Positions 56,584 through 64,000 of a DNA stretch of 64,000 nucleotides are shown here, piece by piece; within the stretch, counting starts at the first letter, position 1, and every line of letters begins with the position of its first letter. The notes under the pieces are model-generated. The model was not told the DNA's origin and made no database searches. It saw nothing but the letters and a program-made list of their open reading frames with translations. Made by a program: the position numbers and the translations under genes. The stretch comes from an uncultured delta proteobacterium (GTDB lineage: Bacteria > Myxococcota > Myxococcia > Myxococcales > Myxococcaceae), in the NCBI GenBank assembly GCA_963771175.1, contig CAVYSY010000024.1, positions 231,227 through 295,226 of the forward strand. The letters run 5' to 3'.

Positions 56584-57033
56584 ATGGAGCAGAGAAAGCC
56601 CGTTACGATCCTGATGGCTGATGACGACGCGGATGACCGGGACTTCGCCCGCTCCGCGATGGAGGAGAGCCGGCTCGCCAACGAGCTCCGCTTCGTCGAG
56701 GATGGCGAGGAGCTGCTCGACTACCTCTACCGTCGCGGCCGCTATGCCGACCCGAAGGACTCGCCCCGCCCCGGGTTGATCCTCCTGGACCTGAACATGC
56801 CCCGCAAGGACGGCCGCGAGGCCCTGCGGGAGATCAAGGGCGACCCGACGCTCCGGCTCATCCCCGTCGTCGTGCTGACCACCTCCAAGACCGAGGAAGA
56901 CATCCTGCGCAGCTACGACCTCGGAGCGAACTGCTTCATCACCAAGCCGGTGACCTTCGAGGGGCTCATCGAGGTCGTGAAGGTGCTCGACAAGCACTGG
57001 TTCCAGCTCGTCGAGCTGCCGCGCTCCCACTGA
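56584..57033 (+). CDS. Single-domain response regulator (Rcp/CheY-like)
   Basis: ADDDADD, ILLDLNMPRKDG, LTTS, ITKP. Confidence 0.93.
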   Translation: MEQRKPVTILMADDDADDRDFARSAMEESRLANELRFVEDGEELLDYLYRRGRYADPKDSPRPGLILLDLNMPRKDGREALREIKGDPTLRLIPVVVLTTSKTEEDILRSYDLGANCFITKPVTFEGLIEVVKVLDKHWFQLVELPRSH

Positions 57034-57046
57034 CGCCCTCGCACCC

Positions 57047-57595
57047 ATGAGCCAACCCGAGCTGGACCCCATCGACTTCGCCATCCTGGAGGCCCTGCAG
57101 AAGAATGCCCGGCTCTCCAACAAGGAGCTGGCCTCCGAGGTGGGACTCGCCCAGTCGAGCTGTCTGGCGCGGGTGACCCGGCTGCGCGAGACCGGTGTTC
57201 TCAAGTCGTTCCACGCCGAGGTGGACGCACGGGCGGTGGGGATCGGCCTCCAGGCGATGATCGCCGTGCGGCTCCGGCAGCACTCCCGGGAGCTGGTGGA
57301 GGAGTTCCGCCGCCACGCGCTCTCCCTGCCCCAGGTGCTGGCCGTCTACCACGTGGCCGGAGCGAACGACTTCCTCGTGCACGTGGCGGTGCGCGACGCG
57401 GATCACTTGAGGGATCTGGGCATGGACGCCTTCACCACCCGGCCCGAGGTGGCCCACCTGGAGACGTCGCTCATCTTCGAGTACGTCCGCAGCCCCGGGC
57501 TGCCGCTCTACAGGCATCCCGAGGCCCTGGCTCGTAGCGCCCCGCGAGAGGCCGTCAGGCGCTCCCGCAAACGGTCCAGAGGAGCCGCTCGATGA
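57047..57595 (+). CDS. Lrp/AsnC-family regulator
   Basis: LDPIDFAILEALQKNARLSNKELA, VAGANDF. Confidence 0.92.
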   Translation: MSQPELDPIDFAILEALQKNARLSNKELASEVGLAQSSCLARVTRLRETGVLKSFHAEVDARAVGIGLQAMIAVRLRQHSRELVEEFRRHALSLPQVLAVYHVAGANDFLVHVAVRDADHLRDLGMDAFTTRPEVAHLETSLIFEYVRSPGLPLYRHPEALARSAPREAVRRSRKRSRGAAR

Positions 57596-58871
57596 CGAGC
57601 TTGCTGCTCGCGGAGGACTTGAGCGCCAGGTCCGCATCGGCGCACGCCACCAGCGCGTCGAGCAGTTCCTTCCGCTTGTAGCGCCCCGCGCCCTGCATCC
57701 CGAGGAAGGCCGCGTAGGGGTGAGGGGCCTTGCCCTTGGCCGCCTTGGCCTCCTCTTCAATCCTCGGGAACACGCGCGCCTTGAAGTCCTGGAACGAGCG
57801 CGGCACCGAGCCTCCCGCGTACTTCTCCAGCCGCTCGTGGTTCTCCAGCATGCCCCGCACGATGGAGGCCACCGCGCCCAGCAGTTGCAGCCCGTGCACG
57901 CCCTGCCCCATCGCGTCCATCGTGTAGTCCAGGGCCCCCTTCAGGTTGCGGTTCTGCAGGGCCTCGGACAGCTCGAAGAACTCCTCCTCGCGCGTGTGCG
58001 CCACCAGCAGCGCCACGTCCGAGGACTCGATGGTGGAGCCCTCCGCGTACGTCGCCAACTTCTCCAGCTCCGACTGCAGCAGCCGCACGTTGCCGCCGAC
58101 GCGCTCCTTGAGCTGCTCGGCCGCGCCCTTCCCCAGCTTCTTCTTGAAGGGCCGGAGGAACTCCTCGGCGAGCGGCTCGATCTCCAGGTCCTTGTGGCGC
58201 GCCGCCACCTTGCGCTCGACCACCCGCCCCTTGTCCGCGGCCAGCTTCACCAGCGGGCTCTTCGCGTCCACCTCCGAGGCCGCCAGCACCAGCGCGTGCC
58301 CCTGCGGGACGCCCTTCTGGAAGAGCTCCAGCAGCGCGCTCGCGTCGCCCTCGGGCGCGGTGATGCGCTCCTCGCGGCAGAACGTGGCCACCTCCTTGAG
58401 GAACGCCAGGTCCGCCTCGGCGAGGTCGACGTTCAACTCCTCCCTCCATTGGTCCACGGAAGGAGCCCCGCGTGCGCTCGGGTCGAGCTGGTCCACGCCC
58501 CACCCCGCCCGCGCCGCCAGCGCCAGCAGCCGCCGCGCGCCCTCCTTGCGCTTGCCCGCCTTCCACGCCTCGCGCGCCTTGCCCAGCGCGTCCCCACGGC
58601 CCTTCTTCGGCGCGAGGAACTCCGGGTCACGCACCAGCACCACCTTGCGCCCGGGGAAGAGCGGCAGCGTGGCCAGCTCCTGCGCCACCTCGCGCGGCGA
58701 GCCCGCGTCCAGCACCGCGAAGTTCAGCCCCGCCGAGGCATCCGGCAGCAGCACCTTCACCAGCTCGTCCGCGCCCCGGCGCACCAGGTACTCCTCGCCC
58801 CACAACAGGTAGAGCGGCAGCACCTTGCCGGCCTTCGCCTCGTCCAGCACGTCGTCGATGTCCGCGCTCAT
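57555..58871 (-). CDS. holA: DNA polymerase III subunit delta
   Basis: PLYLLWGEEYL, TLPLFPGRKVVLV, LQSELEKLATY, ADLALKS. Confidence 0.9.
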   Translation of the reverse strand: MSADIDDVLDEAKAGKVLPLYLLWGEEYLVRRGADELVKVLLPDASAGLNFAVLDAGSPREVAQELATLPLFPGRKVVLVRDPEFLAPKKGRGDALGKAREAWKAGKRKEGARRLLALAARAGWGVDQLDPSARGAPSVDQWREELNVDLAEADLAFLKEVATFCREERITAPEGDASALLELFQKGVPQGHALVLAASEVDAKSPLVKLAADKGRVVERKVAARHKDLEIEPLAEEFLRPFKKKLGKGAAEQLKERVGGNVRLLQSELEKLATYAEGSTIESSDVALLVAHTREEEFFELSEALQNRNLKGALDYTMDAMGQGVHGLQLLGAVASIVRGMLENHERLEKYAGGSVPRSFQDFKARVFPRIEEEAKAAKGKAPHPYAAFLGMQGAGRYKRKELLDALVACADADLALKSSASSKLVIERLLWTVCGSA

Positions 58872-59896
58872 CGCCCCTCCAGCAGCTCGATGAGCATCCG
58901 CTCGAGCTGCAGCCTCGCCGCCGCGTTGCGCTCCACGATGGTCGTCTTCGCCTTCTCCAGCAGCGCGTGCCGGCGGTGCAGCGTGGACTCGTGCGTGCGC
59001 GCCGCCACCTCGTGCGCCAGCTCCGCCATATCCTGGTTGGCCAGGCGCCCCGCGCCCGCCTTCGCCAGCGACACGTCGCGCGTCCACATGGAGAGGATGG
59101 TGAGCGCCTGCTCCGCCAGCTCGCGCGTGGCACCGAACGTCTCCGCCCAGCGCAGCAGCGCGCCCACCTCTCCGGGCTTGAGCGCCTCGAAGCCGGTGAT
59201 GACCTCCTTGCGCGCCGCGAGCGCGTCGAGGTCCAGCGCCATCGCGCGCCCCAGGCTCCCGCCCGCCATCACCGCCGCCAGCTCGGCCGTCTGGGCGTCC
59301 AGCTTGCGCTCCTTCTGGAGACGCTCGGAGATGAACTCCACCGGCAGCGGGCCGAAGTGCACCTTGCTGCACCGGCTGCGGATGGTGGGCAGCAGCTTGT
59401 CCGGCGCCGAGGCCAGGAGGATGAGCGTGGTGTCCGAGGGCGGCTCCTCGAGCGTCTTGAGGAACGCGTTCTGCGCCTGCTGGTTCATCAGGTGCGCGTC
59501 CACCACGAGGGCCACCTTGCGCTTGGACTCGAGCCCGCGCAGGGTGATGCGCTCCAGCAGCCCGCGGATCTGCTCCACCTTGATCTCCCGGCTGGGCGTG
59601 CCGGTGATGTCCGAGCGCCCCGCCAGCCCACGCTCCACGCGCTCGGCGTCGGGCATGAGCCAGGTGACGTCCGGGTGGGAGCCCTTGGCGAGGCGGGTAC
59701 ACCCGTCACAGGTGCCACAGCCCTCGTTGGGCTTCACCGGGCAGGTGAGCGCCTGGGCGAGCCCCACGGCGGCGAGCTCCTTGCCCACGCCCTCGGGCCC
59801 GGCGAAGAGATAGGCGTGATGCACCGAGCCGCTGCGCAGTGCCGCCTGCAGTGCGTCAATCGCGCGCGGCTGTCCGACGACCGTAGCCAACGTCAT
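58868..59896 (-). CDS. holB: DNA polymerase III subunit delta'
   Basis: HAYLFAGPEGVGK, CGTCDGC, HPD, NAFLKTLEEP, LPTIRSRC. Confidence 0.95.
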   Translation of the reverse strand: MTLATVVGQPRAIDALQAALRSGSVHHAYLFAGPEGVGKELAAVGLAQALTCPVKPNEGCGTCDGCTRLAKGSHPDVTWLMPDAERVERGLAGRSDITGTPSREIKVEQIRGLLERITLRGLESKRKVALVVDAHLMNQQAQNAFLKTLEEPPSDTTLILLASAPDKLLPTIRSRCSKVHFGPLPVEFISERLQKERKLDAQTAELAAVMAGGSLGRAMALDLDALAARKEVITGFEALKPGEVGALLRWAETFGATRELAEQALTILSMWTRDVSLAKAGAGRLANQDMAELAHEVAARTHESTLHRRHALLEKAKTTIVERNAAARLQLERMLIELLEGR

Positions 59897-59927
59897 GGCG
59901 CGTGTATCCCCGCTCACGATTCCCCCG

Positions 59928-60875
59928 TCAACCACTCCCAGGGTAGACCCCGCGCTTCCCGCTCCGGGAGACCGCCTTCCGCCCCACACCACAAGCCGGC
60001 AGCAGCAGACACCGGGCACAGTTCTCGGGTACCGGCTTGGAGGGACACACCCCGCTCATGCCGTAGTGACACAGCGCGAAGTCGTAGCGCACGGGATCCT
60101 CGGCATCGAGCGCGCGCAACGAGGCCGTCACCTCCTCGGCGGTGCGCCAGCTCAGGTCCTTGCGACGGGTGAGGCCCAGGTGCTGCGAGATGCGCCCGAT
60201 GTGGGTGTCCAGGGGGATCAGCAGCGCCGAGGGGCGCACCCGCCGCCAGATGCCGAGGTCCACCCCATCGGGCCCGCGCACCATCCACCGCAGGAAGAGG
60301 TTGAGCCGCTTGGCGGCGCCGGCCCCGAGGGGCGAGGGCAACAGGTGGTGCAGCCCGCGCTCGGACCCGAGCGCCTTTCGCAAGGGCTCCATGGGTACGT
60401 CGCGCAGGGCCGAAGTGAAGGCATCCAGCGCGCCGTGCCAGGAGCCTCTGGCCTCGAGCCCCTGGATGAAGAGCGCCTCCAGGCTCCCGAGCTCGCGCAG
60501 CGTCCGTCCCATGCCCAGCAGCAGCACCGCCACGTCCGTGCCCACGTTGAAGCGGTAGACGAAGCCCGTGAGCAGCTCGCGCGCCCCGGCTACGTCCAGC
60601 CCGCGCACGAAAGCCGCCGGAGACGGACCCATGCGCTTCAGCAGCGCGTCCACCTTGGGCCGGAAGAGGTCCGCGCGCCCATACGCCAGCGCCGCCGCCA
60701 GCAGCGCGCTGACCTCGATGTCCCTCGGGTCGCGGTAGCGGTGCGGGAACTCCAGCGGGTCGAACGCGATGCGCCCCCGGCTGTCCGTCGACGCCAGGAA
60801 GGCATCCAGACACGGGCGCAGGCGCTCGGCCTCTCGGGGGCTCAGTCCTGTGGGTCCTCGGGTTCGCGGTGGCAT
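59928..60875 (-). CDS. TIGR02757-family protein
   Basis: DPLEFPHRY, LAYGR, KRLNLFLRWMVR, PLDTH, DPVRYDFAL. Confidence 0.9.
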   Translation of the reverse strand: MPPRTRGPTGLSPREAERLRPCLDAFLASTDSRGRIAFDPLEFPHRYRDPRDIEVSALLAAALAYGRADLFRPKVDALLKRMGPSPAAFVRGLDVAGARELLTGFVYRFNVGTDVAVLLLGMGRTLRELGSLEALFIQGLEARGSWHGALDAFTSALRDVPMEPLRKALGSERGLHHLLPSPLGAGAAKRLNLFLRWMVRGPDGVDLGIWRRVRPSALLIPLDTHIGRISQHLGLTRRKDLSWRTAEEVTASLRALDAEDPVRYDFALCHYGMSGVCPSKPVPENCARCLLLPACGVGRKAVSRSGKRGVYPGSG

Positions 60876-60934
60876 GGTTCAGGGACTCCGTAGCCTGGGG
60901 CAACCCGCCTCGCCATGGAGTTCATCCGCCTGCC

Positions 60935-61508
60935 TCACGGGGCACTCGGCGCGCCGTAGCGCGACTGGATGAGCCGGGCCGGTACCCGACGGCGGAACCA
61001 CGACCACCATGAGGCGGTCGTACTCGCTATCGGGGATGGGCTGAATGGGGACCCCGGCCAGCGCCTCGGCCACCAGAGGAAGGGTGTTGCTGTGACCGAC
61101 CACCAGGACGACCTCCCCCCGGTGCTGCGTGAGAATGTCCCGGGCCTGTTCCGCGGCCTGTGCCTGCCCCCCGCCCGGAATGACCTCGCGGACGGTGATG
61201 GGGACGCCGAGGCGATCCGCCAGCGGCTGGGCGGTCTCGCGCGTCCGACGGAGCTTCGTGGTGTAGATGGCGCTCACGCCAGCGTTCTGGGCCACCTGGA
61301 TGAGCGCCTCGGCGCGCTGCTGCCCAGCGGGAGTGAGAGGCGGATCCTCCTCGTTCGAAGCCTTCTCCGCGTGCCGGACCAGCAGCACGACGGTGGACGC
61401 GCTCGGGGCCGGTGACTCACTCCGTGGCTCCGCGGGACGAGCCCCGGCGCAGGCGACCAGCAGCAGCAGGCAGGCCGGAGAGAGCAGGCGGGCGGTGACG
61501 GTGCGCAT
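60935..61508 (-). CDS. Histidine phosphatase (SixA-like) lipoprotein (frameshift near 60975)
   Basis: Lipobox LVAC, VRHAEK, RTRETA, VVGHSNT. Confidence 0.85.
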
Positions 61509-61626
61509 GCAAGGACTCCAAGGAGGCGTGTGAGAAGGACGTGCCTCTTCGCGAGCCATCTACTCCACCACGGGGAGGAACCAGAAGCTCCGGCATGAGC
61601 GCCGAGCCACATGGTACGGTGTCTCG

Positions 61627-63489
61627 GTGTCCTCCCCCCTCTCGCCCGGACAGCGCTGGCTCCCACTCGCGCTGGTGTGCGTCTGCGCGGCCCTCGCCTT
61701 CGCCAACACCCTCGCCAACGGCTTCGTCTGGGATGACGACCTGCTCATCCTGTCCAACCCGTGGCTCGAGGGCCCTCGGCACCTGGGCGACATCTTCAGC
61801 ACACACTTCTGGGGCTTCTCCTCGCGGGTCGACCTGAGCCGCAACTACTACCGTCCCCTCGTCCACATCACCCTGATGCTCTGCCGGGCCGTCTTCGGCC
61901 TCCAGCCCTGGGGCTACCACCTGGTCATGCTGCTCGGACACGTGGTGGCCTCCGGGCTCGTGTATCGGGTGGGGCTCGTCCTCTTCGAGCGACAGGCGGG
62001 TTCCCTGGCCGCGCTCGCCGCGGGCCTGCTCTTCGCCGTCCACCCCATCCACACCGAAGCGGTGGCCTGGGTGAGCGCCGTGAACGACGTGGCCCTGGTC
62101 ATCTGCGTGCTGCTCGCGCTGTACCTGCTGATGACCTCGGGGCCCGGCCTGTCCCTCCGTGCCGCCCTCGCGGGCCTGGCATCCCTCGGCGCCCTCCTCT
62201 TCAAGGAGCCGGGCGTACTGCTGTTCGGCATGGTGGTGGTCTACGATCTCGTGCGAGGCGGCCGGGCCTGGAGCCTCCGACAGTGGCTGGGCCGCTATGC
62301 CCCACTGGCTCTCTCCCTTGCCGTCTACGCGGCGCTGCGCCTCCACGCCCTGGCTGGCACTGGGCGGACGCTGCATCACACGAAGCTCGGGCTCGTGGGG
62401 TATGTGCTCAATGCGCCGCCCCTGCTGGCGCAGTACCTGGGCGCGCTCGTGCTGCCACTCGAGCTCAACGCGTTCCATGTCTTCGAGCCGGTCGACTCTC
62501 CGTGGGCGCCGCAGGTGCTCGCCGGGGTGGCCGCTCTCATCGGCCTCGCCCTCCTGGCCGCCGTCCTCTGGCGGCGCGCGCCCTCGGCCTTCGTCGCGCT
62601 GGCGTGGTGCCTGCTCCCGCTGCTCCCCGCGCTCTACATCCCCGCGCTCGGGAAGAACTCCTTCGCCGAGCGCTACCTCTACTTGCCCTCGGTGGGCTTC
62701 GTCCTCCTGATGGGACTGGCATTGGAGGCGCTGGAGCGCCGGGGCCCGGCCTCGCGCCCGCTCCTGCTCGGCGGGCTGGCGGTGGTGGTCGTCGCGGGAG
62801 GGCTCGCCACCGCCTCGCGCAACACGGTGTGGCACGACAACCTCGCCCTGTGGCTCGACACCCAGACGAAATCGCCCGAGACGCCGGAGATCCACGCGGG
62901 CCTGGGTCTCGCCTTGCTGAATGAAGGCCGGCTGTCCGAGGCCCTTCCCCACCTCGAGCGCGCCGGCGGGAGCAGTGCCCCGGCCCGGAGGAACCTCGGG
63001 CTGGCCTACGCCATGGCGGGGCGACTGCAGGAGGCGGAGACGGTGCTCGGGGAGGCCGTGCGGCTCGATCCGGACAACGCCGGCGCCTGGAGCAACCTGT
63101 GCCTGGTGCACAAGAACCTGAAGCAGCTCCCGCGCGCCATCGAGGAGTGCGAGCACGCGGCCCAGCTCGCGCCCCATCTGCCGGAGGCGCGCACCAGCCT
63201 CGGGCAGGTGCTGCTGCTGGCCGGCCGGTACGAGGAGGCCGAGCAGCACCTCCGAGCGGCCCTCGAGCTGAAGCCGGACCTCGTCTCGGCCCGGCGGCTG
63301 CTCGACCGGCTCGCGCGGGAGCGACAGCGCGCGGCCGAGTCCCCCAGGGCGCGGCGAGTCCCGTGGTGGCCCCCTCGCCCGTGCCCTGAGTGCCTCAGCC
63401 CCGTGGGCTCAGCGCGTCAGCTCGCGCACCGCGTGGCCCAGCTCCGGCAGGATGAGCTTTTGCAGCCCGAGGCGCACCGCCTGCGGTGA
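61627..63489 (+). CDS. TMTC-like GT-C membrane protein with C-terminal TPRs
   Basis: FVWDD, YYRPL, HPIHTEAV, FKE, AERYLYLPS; many TM helices; TPR tail; start and end uncertain. Confidence 0.82.
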   Translation: MSSPLSPGQRWLPLALVCVCAALAFANTLANGFVWDDDLLILSNPWLEGPRHLGDIFSTHFWGFSSRVDLSRNYYRPLVHITLMLCRAVFGLQPWGYHLVMLLGHVVASGLVYRVGLVLFERQAGSLAALAAGLLFAVHPIHTEAVAWVSAVNDVALVICVLLALYLLMTSGPGLSLRAALAGLASLGALLFKEPGVLLFGMVVVYDLVRGGRAWSLRQWLGRYAPLALSLAVYAALRLHALAGTGRTLHHTKLGLVGYVLNAPPLLAQYLGALVLPLELNAFHVFEPVDSPWAPQVLAGVAALIGLALLAAVLWRRAPSAFVALAWCLLPLLPALYIPALGKNSFAERYLYLPSVGFVLLMGLALEALERRGPASRPLLLGGLAVVVVAGGLATASRNTVWHDNLALWLDTQTKSPETPEIHAGLGLALLNEGRLSEALPHLERAGGSSAPARRNLGLAYAMAGRLQEAETVLGEAVRLDPDNAGAWSNLCLVHKNLKQLPRAIEECEHAAQLAPHLPEARTSLGQVLLLAGRYEEAEQHLRAALELKPDLVSARRLLDRLARERQRAAESPRARRVPWWPPRPCPECLSPVGSARQLAHRVAQLRQDELLQPEAHRLR

Positions 63490-63999
63490 GCCCGGGAGCG
63501 CGAAGAGGATCATCCCCTGGTACGTCCCCGCCGTCGCTCGCGACATCATCGCCGCGCTGCCGATCTCCTTGTACGACAGCGCCCGGAACAGCTCGCCGAA
63601 GCCCGGCAGCGTCTTCTCGAAGAGAGCCTGGAGCGTCTCCACCGTGCTGTCCCGGCGGCCGATTCCCGTCCCACCGTTGAAGATCACCGCCCGCGCACCC
63701 GCCTCCTGCGCTTCCTTCAGCATCGCGCGGATGGCCTCGGGCTCGTCCTTGATGACGCGGTAGCCGCTCACCGAGTGCCCTTCGCCTTCCAGCAGCTCGC
63801 GCAGCACCCGCCCGCTCTCGTCCTTGGATTCGTCTCGGCTGTCCGAGCACGTCACCACGAACGCGCTCACGTGCACCGGCGCATGCGCCTTGTGCTCCGC
63901 CGCCGTCGCCGACCCGTGCTCATGCCCGTGGTCATGGTGGTGGTCGTGCCCATGGTCATGGTGATGGTCATGACCGTGGTGGTGGTCGTGCCCGTGGTG
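63409..63999 (-). CDS. moaB: Molybdenum cofactor biosynthesis protein MoaB/Mog with His-rich N-terminus (5' truncated by window edge)
   Basis: TCSDSR..DESG, NGGTGIGRRD, LPGFGELFR, SRATAG, LPGSP. Confidence 0.9.
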   Translation of the reverse strand, partial: HHGHDHHHGHDHHHDHGHDHHHDHGHEHGSATAAEHKAHAPVHVSAFVVTCSDSRDESKDESGRVLRELLEGEGHSVSGYRVIKDEPEAIRAMLKEAQEAGARAVIFNGGTGIGRRDSTVETLQALFEKTLPGFGELFRALSYKEIGSAAMMSRATAGTYQGMILFALPGSPQAVRLGLQKLILPELGHAVRELTR

Positions 64000-64000
64000 A

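Overview
High-GC myxobacterial (Archangium/Cystobacter/Stigmatella-like) chromosome segment. Many genes carry single-base frameshifts, including metG, which points to sequencing or assembly errors rather than true pseudogenes. The right half (32.5-64 kb) is mostly core genes (secG, tpiA, pgk, gap, yhaM-like, tatD, metG, holA, holB, moaB) with a small accessory patch at about 52.7-57 kb. The left half is accessory DNA downstream of tRNA-Leu(GAG). Its centrepiece is a ~9.4 kb island (22897-32367) bounded by a perfect 40-bp duplication of the tRNA 3' end. The island carries an operon encoding a very large TPR + double CHAT (caspase-like) protease, an ECF-sigma-like protein and an anti-sigma-like protein. 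The first CHAT has an intact His-Cys dyad; the second has His replaced by Val. The arrangement resembles the Craspase protease/sigma module but has no CRISPR or cas genes. The island integrase is truncated by a non-autonomous TGT...ACA transposon with a DUF6431-like gene. A second copy of the island-end module at 10.7 kb suggests the Type III restriction-modification locus and the RND pump belong to an older tandem island. Other notable items are a Deinococcus-type GlnRS-YqeY, twin TetR operators, a tRNA-Phe-like relic and several gene relics.
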